Shown in pieces: positions 1-14,431 of a DNA stretch of 64,000 nt. Below the pieces are notes generated by a model. That model saw only the letters and a program-made list of their open reading frames with translations, searched no databases and was not told the origin of the DNA. This DNA comes from Girardia tigrina. Its lineage: Eukaryota. A program made the translations under genes and the position numbers. Position 1 is the stretch's first letter; each line of letters begins with the position of its first letter. Where the stretch lies: assembly GCA_001938485.1 (NCBI GenBank), contig MQRK01253082.1, forward strand, positions 1 to 64,000. The letters are read 5' to 3'.

Positions 1-976
1 TTATAATAATTATTTATAAGGGTACCAGTTGTGGTAGATAATCAAAAACAAGTTCATCAAAAGTATCTTTTATAGCATTTATTGGAAGACAAGTTAATGC
101 AAGGAACATTGTGGGAACTGTGCACCAAATTAACCCATCTGGATTGTGTTAATTGAAGTCTCTCTGTTAGAGATAATTTGACGTTTGACCGTTGGTATAA
201 TAGGATGAAGGGATCATAGCTGAATACGCCTCGAGTGAGTCACTCTTGATCACTCTTCAGGTCTCTTAAACAACGACTGTCGTAATCGATAAACTCTGAA
301 TTCGTTTTGTTTTCAATAAATCGCGAGCGACAACGCGCGCGAGAAAATCGCGATTGATCTCTTAATACAACTCGATTGTCACATGATATTATGGAATTTC
401 CCCTGAGAAATTTTGCCTTTGATAAACAATGTCGAGTTAAGAGCGATTAATTCGCTTCGAGAAATCGTCGAGTTGTATAGAAAATACAAAGACAATCGTT
501 ACGGAAATGTGCGACGAAATCGGCGTGAAAATATGCCATTCCAAAACACTCGATCAGACATCTTTCCTCGAAGATTTTCGTTGCATTACATTTCGAATTT
601 TGGAGAATCTCGTACGATAAATTAAGAGATTCAAATGATTGGTAAAAGAAAATCAACTAGAAAATATAATGGATATTTGACGGAGATAATTTTGTTGTGT
701 TAAAACGATTGAAAGAGAAAACAACAAACAACGATAATTTGAAGGGTTTATTTAATCAAATATCCTTTTTTGCATAATCATAATTAATTAAATTTTAACA
801 TTGGTTTTTATATAATTGTTGTGGTACACAACAAACATCTTTACTAATGTGCAGTCACTTTCGTTCTGCACGCTTTACATTTTTGATCATGCATTCTGTA
901 CTTTTCTCCAAAGCGATTGCCATAAATGAAATTAACAGCAATAAATTTATGTTTCGGGAAATGTTTCTGTTATAGC

Positions 977-1486
977 TGCGAGGAATATTTTAAATTGTTT
1001 GAATGTGTAAATGTATGGATGCTGTATGTTGATTTAAGTATGTTGAATTTAGAATGGTGATTCTCCCACCCACATGGAAATTGGTATTTTTTTAAATTTA
1101 AAGTGATTGACTATTCGAACATAATTAAAGTAATAAGTTTTTATTTTTTAAATTAACAATTTAAATTAAGTTTAATATTTTTTTAAGAAAAGAAAAGCAT
1201 TTAATTAAATTTAAATAAATTTAATAAGATTTAAATTAAAGTCATTTTAATAATTTGATAACATTTTTTTATAATTTTGTGTTTTATTTAGAAATGATTA
1301 ATATTTTAAAAAATTATGTATTTTTAAAAGATTTAGAAATATTGTTCGACTAATTATGATTAAAAAGAGAAATAACGAAACCAATTAGAGCGATGTCAAA
1401 CGATGAAAGATCTTCTGAGAGTTGTAATGACTCTATATGTTGTAGTAATAAAAATTCAAATGAGAATTGTCTCAATGATCTTAACA
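977..1486 (+). mobile_element. Solo LTR of the gypsy family seen at 49.9-54.8 kb
   Basis: Starts TGCGAGGAATATT and ends TCTTAACA. Exact 5-bp TSD ATAGC at 972-976 and 1487-1491. About 990-1130 and 1380-1430 match the reverse complement of the LTRs at 49936-50421 and 54319-54770. Confidence 0.9.
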
Positions 1487-1499
1487 ATAGCATTTTTAG

Positions 1500-2200
1500 A
1501 GGCTAATTCAAAATCTATTTGAATACTTCTATGAAAGCCATTGGAATTTGATCTACCTCCATATTTCATCATAGGTTGATTAGTGTTTCTTTTGAAGTAG
1601 AATAAAATTTATTGTGAAAACTTGATAAAACTATTTTGGGACACTTTGAATGTGCCATCACACACCCAGTGCTCAGATTCATGTACCCGTTTAAGAAATG
1701 GATTAATACTGGAAATAAACATTCTGAATTATCACATTGATCACTATCAAATAATAAAAATGGTTGTTGATTTATGGAAAGTTTCGAATTTAAAAGAATC
1801 ATAAATTCTCTGAGGTTAGTAGGGGTAGAAGGATAATTGTGGTTGGCTTTCTTTTTCCTTAATGATCTGAAAAAGATTCGTTATAGAACATCAAGTTGAT
1901 GAGATTTTCATATAAATTCTGATCACTGCATCTTGTACTATTCTTCCAGGTAGATTCTTCACGCAGTAAGACAAATTTTAAAAAGATGTTCTATTTTTGT
2001 CGAATTTGAACTTCCACTGGATTTTGAGAATGTCTATAGGTACCAGTACTTACCGGTGGTTCTAGTTGTACTGAAGACTTGCAATTAGGCAAACCTTACA
2101 GCATGTTGATACATTTCCAATAAACTGTCGATGGTTAGATTTTGTCTCTTATATATAAGAATCCTTCAAGAAATAAAAAAAATGATCATTTATTCTCCAG
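1500..2200 (-). pseudogene. Heavily decayed LTR-retrotransposon pol fragment (RNase H end to integrase zinc finger)
   Basis: Frame-broken remnants resemble TDHxxL, PGKxNxxADxLSR and HxxH...KFY. Weak resemblance only. Confidence 0.3.
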
Positions 2201-2924
2201 TTCTTGATTTTACTAATAGTCAATTTAAACAAAAAACATCAATATTTAAAATTCGCAAAATACCTTTATAAAATATTTACAAGTGTTAATAAATCAAATA
2301 ATATTTATATTTACTTTATATAATATTTCCTTTATGTTTTTGGATATATTGAGTTTATAAATTTACCTATATTCGGTTATTGAGGTAATAAGAAGTTATT
2401 TGATGTAAAAAAACACAAACAAAATATGTTTAAAACGTACAATTTAATTTAAATCTTACAAAGTAATAATTACAGTTAACAGTTATAATTCAATAGAACT
2501 TTATTTTGTTATAGAACGTGGGAAAAATTATCCTCACAACCTTGATTTTAATAAATATATAAAAAGCTAAGAATTGAAAATCAATTAAACTTTGCACTGG
2601 GGCATTTTCAGCAATTATCAATGTTGTACTTTCAATTTTTTTTCGATTTACAAATTATTTCTCTTCTCTTCAAATGCGAGTTGAATCGTTTTGATAGTTA
2701 ATCGTAAACTTATGAAAATCCAAGAGTAATAAGTTATCAGCCTAAGTCGAATCACCAAATTTAGTCGGAATGGTCCAATATCCAAAATTAATCAAACTTT
2801 CTGTTGTACTTTCTAATTTTTTATTTCTTTTTATAAATCTAAACTGATTTAAAATATTTCTTATTATTATTTAAAATAAATTTAATAATCAAATCGGATA
2901 TTATTAATTTACAATATGGGCATT

Positions 2925-2982
2925 TTTCGGTGTGGGTTTTTTCCGAGTTGGTTTTTTTCGTGTGGGCTTTTTTCTGGTTACC
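2925..2982. repeat. Isolated Mutator-like terminal repeat array
   Basis: Degenerate TTTT(T)CxGTGTGGG repeats ending CTGGTTACC, typical of MULE TIRs with internal tandem repeats. Partner end not found. Confidence 0.35.
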
Positions 2983-3394
2983 ATTTTTAATATGTTGAAT
3001 GATTTTAGATTAAATCTTCTAAATAATTTGGGATTAAATATTGTGCATAGTTTAAAACTAAATAATATTTTTGAATAAATATAATGAAATTGAAATTAAG
3101 GATCCAAAATAAGAACTGATAATAAAAATGGGATTTAATATTATTTTTAATTTTCAGTTTGTAAATTTTTATAGGGGTTTTAAATAAAATATGACTTAAA
3201 TAATAAAGATCGGTGAATTGATTGTTAAATTAGTAAATGAAGTAGAAAATTTGTTTGAATTTAGTTTTTAAGACAAATTATTAATTGTGAAATTTATGAT
3301 TTCAAATATCGATAAGTAACAAATTATTATTTTGACTGTAACTATTTTGACAGTCTTTTGCGGAATCCATGTTCAAGGATTACTGTAATGTAAT

Positions 3395-3635
3395 GTAGGG
3401 GAGACTCGGCTTTCTCCGTGACACGGCTAAATTCATGATAGCTTAAGTAAAACTAATGCAAAATGTAACAAAATTGCAAAGTGTGTAATGGTAGATTAGA
3501 AGATGATCTATCTGGAGAGGAGTGGATACAATGTAAAAAGAATAAAAAAATAAAATAAAATTAATAAAATAAAATAAAAAATTAAAAAATCAAAATTATC
3601 TCTTAATATCACGAAATTAGCCGAGTCTCCCCTGC
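3395..3635. mobile_element. MITE (about 240 bp)
   Basis: TIRs GTAGGGGAGACTCGGCT and AGCCGAGTCTCCCCTGC, with an internal repeat of the TIR core. No ORF. Confidence 0.8.
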
Positions 3636-4199
3636 TAAATTTAGAGTATCAAATACGATATACTGCAAAAAAATAAACTCCTTGTATAATTTTTATCGAA
3701 ACCATCAGTTTGATAAATATGATAGTAGAAATAAAAAGCGTCATTTGAATGTTATTACTTATTTTGGCGGGACCGTAACGATCAGTATACATGAAAATGA
3801 TCCTAGCAAGAACGATACATCTATATTCCATTGTATATTATGTTTGAAAATATCGTGATTTATTTTTAATATATTTTTAGAATTTATACAATGTTGCAAT
3901 TATTTTTTGTCTGACCATGAAAATGAATTACAAGGAGCTTATGAGCGCCCAATATGCAGACTTTTATCCAGATAAACACGAATTTGACAATTTGTGGCAA
4001 TCGCTTCGAGGATTTAACAGTAAGAGACATTTCTATACCGGATTGTTGGGGAAACGATTACAAGCATCTGATAAATATAATATGATTTATTATAATAAGA
4101 TGAATGACAATTAAAGAATATATAAATAAAATATTTGAGTCTTTGATGAATTTTATGTATGGAACATTAAACATTATTTGATAAGAAATGAGATAATAA

Positions 4200-7100
4200 A
4201 TAATAATGCTTCAGAAAACATCTTGAAAAACAATCATTATTCGTGGCACCATCGCTTCTTTATTTAGATTAATAAAAATCTATATGTGATTTTTCATGCA
4301 TCTGTAATATATATAAGAAATTGAACAAATTTCGCAATTTCGTATTCTATCTTCAGCAATTATAATGAAACAACACTAAAATTTATTGAAGCTAACTATT
4401 CTCAAATCGCACGCTAATGTTTCAGTATTAAAAAAATATTTCAGTTCTTCATTTATCTTCTAAATCCTCGACTACACTTCTGCTAAATTCCTCCGAAGTA
4501 GAATCTAAATCCAACAAATAATCATCCTATTTCTCTTGGAGGCCGATTATTTGGCAGTTGATCCTCTTGGGTTTGACTATCGGATGGAGATGCGCCTCCT
4601 CCACCGGCATGTAGTCCGACTTAGAATTGCGGTCAGATCGGGTTGCCTCGGTTGAATGTTCGAAATATGTCTTGGATTGCAAACCCCTCGTCCTTTATCA
4701 TGTATTTTCATCGGTCAATGTTCCTCACCACGATACCCCTTACACATTACTGAGTATATGGTGTAATACCATCCGGCTTCAATCATACTAATTGATTCTT
4801 TACATAATCGGAGTTTTCGTAGAGCGTTTACTTTGCTTCTTCCAATTACATCCACCCTGTGGGTAAAAAATTGTACAATGCAAAACTTGATGTTTCCTTC
4901 AATTAGGATGGTGTATTGTTGTACCACCATAGGCTTTCAGAATACAGATATTCGAGCGGAATGCAATTTTCTTAACGGTCCATTGATTCCTCTCTATAAT
5001 TCCGTTACAATTTAGACGATAAATTTCGCAGTACATGACCCTAACGTTCCCTTTGTCCATTAGCTGATTGAAATCTGGCGAGTGGAATGCGATTTAATTA
5101 TTAATGATCAATTCCATAAGACCATCTCGTTCACAAAACAAACTTGAGATTTCTGTATCGATAGACCTTGCTTAATAAGCCTAAATTAATTTACATATCG
5201 CGAAACATGAGGGACCACAATCAATGATACTTAGGCACCTTTGTTGACTGAACTTTGTAGCATTCGCTGTGAGTCTGGTCCAAATTGCATAGACACTCAA
5301 TTTTTCATTTTTCCACTTCACAAGTTACGGATCAATTCTTGACAAACGAAAATTATGTTCCTGATATCAGCATTTGATACACTAGTTCTTTGCTAGTCGC
5401 ATATATATCGCATTTTCTTCGTACCTAAATAACCCCTGCGATTAAGTTGTTGAAGCTTGAATTTATCATCCGATACTGATCAAAAACAACTACATATTTT
5501 CAATTGCCTTGGGATCCTTGTCAGTACTGTTAACAAACTCTATCCTTAGCTACACCTTAAACTCGAGGCACAACTCCTTGATTATTGACAGCCTTCGTTT
5601 TATTAACATCTCGAAAGAAGTCTTAATGGTTACCTTGCCACAATCTGAAATCGTTCCAATTATCCATGAGACTACAGACTTATTATAAGATTTTACCTAC
5701 ACACTCCTTAAACACCATTTGATACATAAATTCAATCCTTTCATCACTGCTTCTAATTCTGAATTGTACCCGCATCTCTAAATAACAGAGAAAAGGATAT
5801 ACGGATAATTATTAACTTGATCTTTAACGGTGGCATGCCCCCGTGGGCTCGGTCTTTATCGAGATTGCCACTGCCTCTGTTGATTGAAGTGGACGACGCT
5901 CGACGAATCACCGATATAGTCAAAACGATGGTCGCCGATCGGTTGGATTGAATCGAATGATTGGTTAATCCCACGCGGCCGTTGAGTGCATATACGCGGC
6001 CTTCGTATTTGGTTCATCGGCGTGGTTGGAGCGCCACAATTCGGTAGGAATTACTCGAGTGAAAAGGACCTCGTTTTTTCGTGCTGAACCGTGCAGGTCT
6101 GTGTCAGTGCATCGTTGATATTTTTATTTTGGTTATCATTATTATAATGGTGAAACTCAATGGATAATTCCGTAGTTCAATTTCATTAAAAATAAAAGAA
6201 AATAGATCCTTGAGAAAGCATTTATTTGTATTTCAAATTTTTCACCAAACAAACAGTAATTCAAATAAACAAATTGTTTTTTACAACTCCGGTTCTTTTG
6301 TAATAGGTTTTTTATAAATAATGATATAGGATTTTATTACATAAAGATATTTATAAATATTAATATTTAATTTTTGGTCACTATAGCATCATTTCTCCAA
6401 TTTCATTTCACGGACCAATATCGGCTAAACTCAGTCTCCGAATTGTGCTTTTTTATGCTAACAAGAGAATTTTCCGATACAATGCCACTCAAACTCAAAT
6501 TTAATCCTCGGGACTCGAGCTCGAAAATATTGATGACATTTTTGTTGATTCTTAAGCCTCCCAATTTATCGATAATATCCATTCCTAAACCATATGATAA
6601 ATATTCCATAACCGAGTATTCTACCCAGAAACTCTGCAACTACACCTGTACCCTTAACTGGCGTTCTCGTCCTTTGCCAAAACTACCCGCTCCGCACCAG
6701 GACATAATGCATTATGATTAACTAACCTCTGTAATACAACCGTTTTCGGACAACCAGAATCTATAAATGAGAAGATCTGCTTCTTATTAACTGTAAGAAT
6801 CATCGTTCGCAGTGCCATGAACTGTGACGGCAGAGAACTGGTGCCTACAAACTCTATTGTTCATTTCCCGATCTACAATATCTTGCTATATGGCCCGATA
6901 TCTGACATTTATAGCAAATTACTTGCTTGTTTTACTACTAACAGTGCTCCTTGTGATTGGTGTAAGATCCCTTAGTAACACTAACTCCGTTCTTGCTAGA
7001 TTCTCCTCCATCGCATGAGTTTCAAGCTTCCTTGGCGTTTCCATTTTCTACTGCGGCCATAGAACCTTGCAATAAACATCCTTTAATCCCTAAGTGACTG

Positions 7101-8150
7101 CGGCTGTATTCAATCATTTCGGTGATCGGTTGATCACCGGCCCGTTCCAGCTCCATCTGCAGCTCGAATAGTAGTCCGGTCATAAAGGCCGCCTTATCCA
7201 AATAGTCGATTTTTGGCGCTAACATTTTTACCTGCGACACATATTCATCAATTATCTCCCCTATTGATACAGTAATTTAATCAATTGATTATATGTGGAG
7301 TATCTGGTTAATGCAAATTCATTTTCAAATATCTTAAAGACAGTGTCACAATTACTCTGCTGCTCCTCGTCTAATTCCATTTATATTTTCCGAGCAACTT
7401 CTCTCCGTAGGAATGGTAGATACGGAGCTGGATCGTTTATCTTCTGGATCTTTGGACTCTCTGTGTGAGTAAAATTTGTGAAGGGTCTGAAATTGAAATA
7501 ATTAAAACTATCAATTTGATATATACTTATTCGGAATTGTTCTGTGTTGTCTTGAATCCCTACAAGAGATTGCCGATTTACAGTGATAAATTGATAGATT
7601 GGTATAATAGTAAAGGGCGATGTGAAATGCAGTCGCGAGTTTGCCCAATCACCTACATGGCGCTGGACTGACTTAAGCAGTCTAGGGACCGGGTGCACAA
7701 TCGAGTCAATTTGGATTGTTCTCGGCCGGGACAGCCGATATTTTTCACATTGGAAGAAAAGAAAAAGATGGTCGTAGGAGCGACGAGCAAAATGACGATG
7801 ACTGTTGATCGAATAGGTCAGATTCTTTTTCATTCTCCCTCCCTTCGTCCCAGAGTCTCCACATTCCCATCACTAGAGCATTAAGACTGCGATCGCGCTG
7901 CGCCCGCTCTCGTACCAACAGTAACTCTTCGGACACGAGCAGTTCAATGTCAATTTTACATGTAACGAGTCTTCATTTCGTCTAAGTCTTACACCCATCT
8001 ACAATAGAGGCAACTTGGCTTCCTATCCAGGAGATTAAATTTATGTTTCACACAATCTCGGGAAAAATGATTAACAGTATCTTATCCCTAATCAATTTCT
8101 CAGCTGTACCAAACTTTCTTAAACTAGCTCTGTTTTAGTTTTAGAATGTT
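4200..8150 (-). pseudogene. Ancient Ty3/gypsy internal-region relic, interrupted by an insert at about 5.8-6.3 kb
   Basis: Integrase-like TPY...GIVxR remnant near 4700-4770. Protease-like LGMDII in ORF 6403..6639. Short gag-like ORFs at 7.0-7.8 kb. Order fits a minus-strand element. Boundaries are approximate. Confidence 0.4.
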
Positions 8151-9363
8151 TTACAGCTCTCAGTTTGTTGAAGAAACTTCAAGTAATGTCATACATTGTT
8201 GTTTTCCTTTAAAAACATAACTTATGACTTATAAAATTCTCTAAAATTGATAATAATTTGAGTATAATTGTATAAGAGTAGGAGAAGTTAAGGCTAAATT
8301 GGGATTATTTTAAAGTAGTAATTTGATTTGTTTAAAATATGCTTCACAATTTATAGAAATTAAATTATAGAAAAATAGTTGATTTAAAAATTCTATAAAA
8401 TAATTTTTTTAATTTTAAGTTTTATAATTTTTAAAACCAATAAATTTTACAGTAAAGTTTTATTATTTACCTATCATACTAAATGTTGTAATAAAAAGAT
8501 ATAATGTAATAAAAATAAATAAAAAATATAAAGTTATGAAAAATAAATAAATAAAATTTTGAACTATAATTTTATATTATTTAAAAATAATTTTCCTTTA
8601 ATTAAATATTGGAAATTGAACTATTATTTGGAAAAAAATGAAATAGTTATATAAGTTTTCTCATTTTTGTTTCTACATAATGATAGTTAGAAGAACCTCA
8701 TTATTTGTTCTATGAACTACATAAAGATAGGGTAATTATATTAAAATAGTTTTTGTTTGATTAATATTTATATATAAAAGTTTGACTTTTAAAATTGAAA
8801 TAAAGAATATTCTGAATTATAAAAAATATTTTATTCATTGTTATTATAACAAGTAAATATTGCTTACAAAACATTAGCCATTTAATGACACTGAATACAA
8901 GGATGCAACATAACTGACACTACCAATTATCCGAAAGCACCGGAGATTTGCCGAAGCCCTTTAATACTACACAAAAGATTTTTAATAATTCGGGATATTT
9001 GAGCAGAAAATAATCTATTTTTAAAACTAAGAAAAGAAAATGTTGCGCTCTGATTAGCGACAGATTTAGATTCTGTAATCTTTTAAAATTCAGTTGAATT
9101 TCATTAGGAAATATTGAGGATTCTTCTACAAGACTTTAAACGATATGCTTCAAAAGAATTGGAAAAACAAAAAATGAATATATGGGTAAATTAATAAAAA
9201 ATCCTACCGCAATAATGGAAAGTCAAATGTTTTCGATAATACTGTGTACATTCGATTGTTTTATTGTTTTGGATGAGTTCACAAAAAATACATATGAACG
9301 ATGCAGCGCTTCACAAATGGTGTACCATAAAGAAATAAAATTGTCCTCTACTTATTTACAATA

Positions 9364-9599
9364 CTAGTAAACCAATAAATAAAAAGATTTTATATCCATT
9401 ATTTATGCAGACAAAACTCTACTTTGTCAACAGTTTTTAAAATTTAAAAATTTAAGATTTAAAAAATTTTAATTAAAAAAACAATAAAAATCAATATAAA
9501 CTACTTATAATTTATAAATAGATATATTGGAATTAATATTGTTCGGGAACTCCGAATTTTCCGTTTTTTCCCATTTTGGGACCTTACAAAGTTTTTTTC
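9364..9599 (+). repeat. Dispersed repeat, copy 1 (copy 2 at about 35041-35283)
   Basis: Colinear similarity from CTAGTAAA...TATATCCATT...GCAGACA...GGACCTTA. Runs into the assembly gap. Confidence 0.75.
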
Positions 9600-9883
9600 N
9601 NNNNNNNNNNNNNNNNNNNNNNNNNNNNNNNNNNNNNNNNNNNNNNNNNNNNNNNNNNNNNNNNNNNNNNNNNNNNNNNNNNNNNNNNNNNNNNNNNNNN
9701 NNNNNNNNNNNNNNNNNNNNNNNNNNNNNNNNNNNNNNNNNNNNNNNNNNNNNNNNNNNNNNNNNNNNNNNNNNNNNNNNNNNNNNNNNNNNNNNNNNNN
9801 NNNNNNNNNNNNNNNNNNNNNNNNNNNNNNNNNNNNNNNNNNNNNNNNNNNNNNNNNNNNNNNNNNNNNNNNNNNNNNNNNNN
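9600..9883. other. Assembly gap (others at 11295-11432, 14518-14567, 23467-23515, 29711-29774)
   Basis: Runs of N, several next to (TA)n. ORFs spanning them are artefacts. Confidence 1.
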
Positions 9884-11180
9884 ATATATATATATATATA
9901 TATAGAAAGTGAGATAATAAAAAGAATGGAAAATGTAAAAACATAAAAAATTAATTACATTGATGAATAAATTACAGTAAGTCTATCAAAAATTAGTTTC
10001 AGATTTCAAAAAAATGCCAAGTTAATCTTAAATACTTAAAGTTTGAACAAAGAAATGATTATACATTCAAAATGTTTAACACATCAATTATCTATTTGGA
10101 CAGAAGGTCTTTTCGATGATCTTTCTTTCGATCCCCACTTTGCGATCGGTTCCGTTTCGGTTGATGATTGGTTGATCAGTCGATCGATTTGTGTTTCATC
10201 TGAATACCGATACCTCGAGTGAGGTGTCAGTCGGTCTGAACCGAGTGGTTGCATTTTGTGGATTGCTCAAGAGAATCAAAAAAATTATCAGCAAGAAATA
10301 AAAAGGATGACTTTTGTTGAGAAGTGTTTTATTTGTTCGACATTTCAAAATTTAAAAGTGTGACATAATAAACATATTTGTTTGATTTGATTAAACAAAA
10401 TCAATTTTTTAAGAGTTTTTTTTTAATATCGGTCGTTTGAACGAAACACCATAATTACCATTTTTAATTTAAAATATTGGATAATAAATTTCCATTTTTA
10501 ATTATAAAAATTTATGTCTATTTATTTTATTCTTATCGAAAAAATCTTATATTTTAATTTAAAATATATTTTTTAATATTTCTGAAATTTTTATGCTAGA
10601 TTTTTTTTTCATCACAAGACATAAGAAAACATTTTCAAAAAAATGTGATTTTTTTGAGGCTTCATTACATTTCTCTAAAAAATATTCTCCATGAAATATA
10701 AAACTAACAGATAAAGTTTTAATTTTTGTTCAAATCAGTTTTAAAACATTGAGAAAACCGATTCAGTGAATAATCCCCATTCACTTCTCTCATAAAACAA
10801 CATGGAAAACGAACATGTAACCCTTCCGTGATAGAAATTAAACTCTAAGAAGTCCATGAAAATATTGGGTGCATGGTGAGTTACATCAATGAAAGATATG
10901 AATAAAAATGATAAAAAAAATCAAGAATCAATCATAGGACGAATACTTTACTAGCAATATCTCTTATTTCCACTTTCAAATATACATAATAAAGCCTCGT
11001 ATATCATGTTCATTTAACTATTTATTAAAAATGTTTAGCTCAAAAACTGTCCAAAATTTATTAAACAAAATATATAATTTACGCGAAAAATATGTTCAAT
11101 ATTGCCTTCAATAGTATTCGAAATACTTGATTGATCAATACTCAAATCAATTTTTAAAAAATTATTTCAATTATGTTTAA

Positions 11181-11544
11181 TCTTATCTTATAAAAGCCCA
11201 AGTCACTCACTGCCTGCCTCACTGCCTCACTAACGCTGTAAGGTAAATTTTTGAAATGATTTTATAATCAATAAAGAAATGATTGTATATTAATNNNNNN
11301 NNNNNNNNNNNNNNNNNNNNNNNNNNNNNNNNNNNNNNNNNNNNNNNNNNNNNNNNNNNNNNNNNNNNNNNNNNNNNNNNNNNNNNNNNNNNNNNNNNNN
11401 NNNNNNNNNNNNNNNNNNNNNNNNNNNNNNNNATACTCGAAACACTGAAATTTTCAATAAAAATGCTTTCAGAAAAAAGTCGCGTGATCTAATAACATTG
11501 AACCCCCGGCAAGAGAGGGCCGCGAAGCGGGCCGAGCGCGCTAG
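11181..11544 (+). mobile_element. Non-autonomous Helitron
   Basis: 5' A|TC...ATAAAAG followed by (CTCACTGC)-type repeats. 3' GC hairpin GGCCGCGAAGCGGGCC followed by CTAG|T. Inserted between A and T with no TSD. Contains a gap. Confidence 0.8.
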
Positions 11545-12182
11545 TAATAAAAATAGTCAATATATTTTCAGATTATTCAACACATCAATTTACTATCCAT
11601 TCAATGACTCCATTCAACATACAAATCATATCATTTGAAAATATTCCTTACAACATTGTAATGGAAATTATCAAAAGTTGTTTATTTTATTTTACCAGTA
11701 TATTGTTAGGGATCTAAAAAATATATTCAAATTTTATTAAAAAAAAATATAATAAAGTTATAAATATTTTTTTACAAATTTTTTGTTCAGTATAATATTT
11801 ATATTAACACAATTTATACTATTATTTTTAAATATTTTATAATTTGTTTTATTAAATCAATTGAAGAGATAAATTAAAATAGCTATTTAAGCAAATAAAA
11901 AAATGAATTAGCTCACAACTTAATTCCAAAAAAATTGAATAATTAGAAGTCAGTGAAACTTGCAGATAATCCTTAAAGGATTTGAAGAAAAATTTTATTA
12001 TTTTTCTTTCCTCTTAGTAATCAAGTATCCTGTAAAGGAGAAAAAGATATTAAGAATAGTTATTATTCACTGATATCGCTCGTACAAACGTATTGACATT
12101 GAAGAGCTGTGTACTCAGCTTTTATTAATTATTGTTTGATTGTTATTTAGCTGTGTGACACAAGTGGTACAAGCTTTTCGTG

Positions 12183-12537
12183 TACAAGCTTTTATAATTT
12201 GTCATATCTTTGCGGTTCTGTATCTATTTCACCCAGTTCCCACATTTTTTGACTGAATTATCAAAGCCTACTAGGCGAAAACCCGCCTTCTATTTGCATT
12301 TAGATGTAGCAAATTTCAAAGCCTACTACTGAGGAAAACATGAGAATGACACTTTTTGCGGCCAAACTAAAGGCGGTAGATGAGCAGTGACAATGAAAAA
12401 GTGTATTGTCACCTAGAATACATCAGTCCTGAAAGTTTCATGACGCTAGGTGAACGGGAAGTGGGTGATTTTTCGATCGCAAGATTTGATGCATCCAGGC
12501 AGACAAAAAAACAAATGAAACGTAATAAAAGCTTGTA
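12183..12537 (+). mobile_element. Helentron-associated (HINE/DINE-1-like) or MITE element
   Basis: 13-bp inverted ends TACAAGCTTTTAT and ATAAAAGCTTGTA. Internal AAAGTTTCAT core and a CAGACA remnant near the 3' end. Confidence 0.5.
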
Positions 12538-12878
12538 AAAATGTAAAAAAACGTTAAGTTTTTTTTGTATAAAAGTTTTATATATAAAAATAAAATTGTT
12601 AAAATCTCCAAAGAAAAACGAAAACTAAAAAAATAAAAAAATCAATAAATTATTATTATCATTATCATCTTATCATTAATAACTATTTAAAATTATTTAT
12701 ATACGATAACATTATTTACATACGATAAAATGGTGTCAAAATATCACAAGTATAAATGGAAATGGATTAAGCATTTTGTTTAACACATTGACTGCTGTTG
12801 ACATCATGCACCGAACGTCTGCTACGCGCGCTACGCGTAAAAAATATGATCGAACATTGTTGCCTTTTTAGCATTTAA

Positions 12879-12970
12879 CACATTGAATGCTGAGTACGAG
12901 ATATCTCGTACTTAGCGTTTTAGTAATGTAAGCCAAAGTAGGAGATATCTCGTACTCAGCATTCAATGTG
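12879..12970. mobile_element. 92-bp piggyBac-type MITE, nearly fully palindromic
   Basis: TTAA|CACATTGAATGCTGAGTACGAGATATCTC ... GAGATATCTCGTACTCAGCATTCAATGTG|TTAA. A second related left end lies at 12780-12797. Confidence 0.8.
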
Positions 12971-13068
12971 TTAAATAAATCATTTAAATTTATTTATTAT
13001 GTAAAAATTCAAAATCGACATTTATTAAAACAGTTTGAATTTGATGTTTAATTTTCAAGTTTTTTAAT

Positions 13069-13070
<2 letters not shown>

Positions 13071-13101
<31 letters not shown>
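13071..13101. repeat. (TAA)n microsatellite
   Basis: About 10 TAA units. Confidence 0.95.
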
Positions 13102-13102
<1 letters not shown>

Positions 13103-13200
13103 TTAAGAACAGTAAGGTTTTTTATATTATTAAACGATTTACCCAGTTTAATTGTTATTATTTATAAATATACAGATATTTTCTTAAATTCTAGACAGAA

Positions 13201-14180
13201 ATGAGAAGTAATTTTGAAAGACATATGTCAAGGAAGTGGAAAACAGAAGGGTTGACTTATTCAGAGATTTCTAGAAGATTATCGATTTCTAGAAATTCGG
13301 CAATTAATCTTTGTCGATATAATAAGAAAAGATGTCTCAAGAAAACAGAACCGCGACAGAAATTAACAAAAAATATGAAGTTATCAATTAAGAGCACGAT
13401 AGAACATTTGCAGTCAAATTTTCAAAAAATTAATTCGTCCAAATTGATTGCAGAATGCGATTTAAATTATTCAACTCGGACAGTACAAAGACATCTGAAA
13501 GCTGTAGGTTACAAATATCAAAAAAAAGCATAAATTTCGTTATCAATGAAGCAGAAGAATGATATAATTGATTATATTTCTAGATGGATTAGAGAAAAGC
13601 ACAGTTGAGAAACGACAATATTTACGGATGTGTTAGACGATTGGAGAACATATGTACAAAAAATCGAAAATATACTCATCAAAAGCGCCAATGTAAAGGG
13701 GGTAGTGTTATGGTCTGGATGATTGTTCTGCCTAACGGTCTTCTTTCATACAAAATCATAGAAGGAAAATTCGGATCTAAAGTTTATAAGCAATTATTAA
13801 TACATAATGCTATTCCTATTATAAAACTTAACTGTGGTGATAATTTCCACTTCCAGGAAGACAATAGTCCGGTTCATAAAAGCAAACTTATAAAGGACTT
13901 TATGAAAGAAAGTGAAATTTCTGTACTTTATTGGCCTGCGAAAAGTTCAGATTAAAATATTACTGATGACATGTGGAAGAAAATATCCGACATTGTTTAC
14001 GAGGGCGCTCAGTATAAAAATAAGGCAGAATTATGCTTATCCATCAAAAATTCCATACACTTGATTAACTCATCTAGAAGACATATTGTTATCGAATTGT
14101 ATAGGTCAATAAGAAGTCAACTGTGCAAGAGTATTAAAAGTGAATGGAAATCTGAACAACAGTTTAATGTCCTAGAATAA
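13201..14180 (+). pseudogene. Tc1-family transposase pseudogene
   Basis: HTH N-terminus (LTYSEISRRLSISRNS), GGSVMVW, FQEDNSPVH and WPAKSSD motifs split over three ORFs by stops and frameshifts. Confidence 0.85.
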
Positions 14181-14431
14181 ATGTTACTGTTTTAAAAAAA
14201 TTGTCGTTTTTAACTATGCATGAAGTTTTATTTTTACAAAATTTTTTTTGCACAAATGCAATTTAATTAGTGACAAATTTTTATTTACTTTTTCTAAACC
14301 TTAAAATTTAAAATAACATATAAAAATTTTATTATTTGTACATATCATTACGATATAAACTAAAGTGTAAGTGTGTTATAAAATGTATCGATCAGTATGT
14401 ATATATATATATATATTAGGGATAAAAACAA

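Noticed and set aside
9501-9946. ORFs containing X runs (also 11283, 14397, 23396)
   Set aside because: They are open only because of N gaps.
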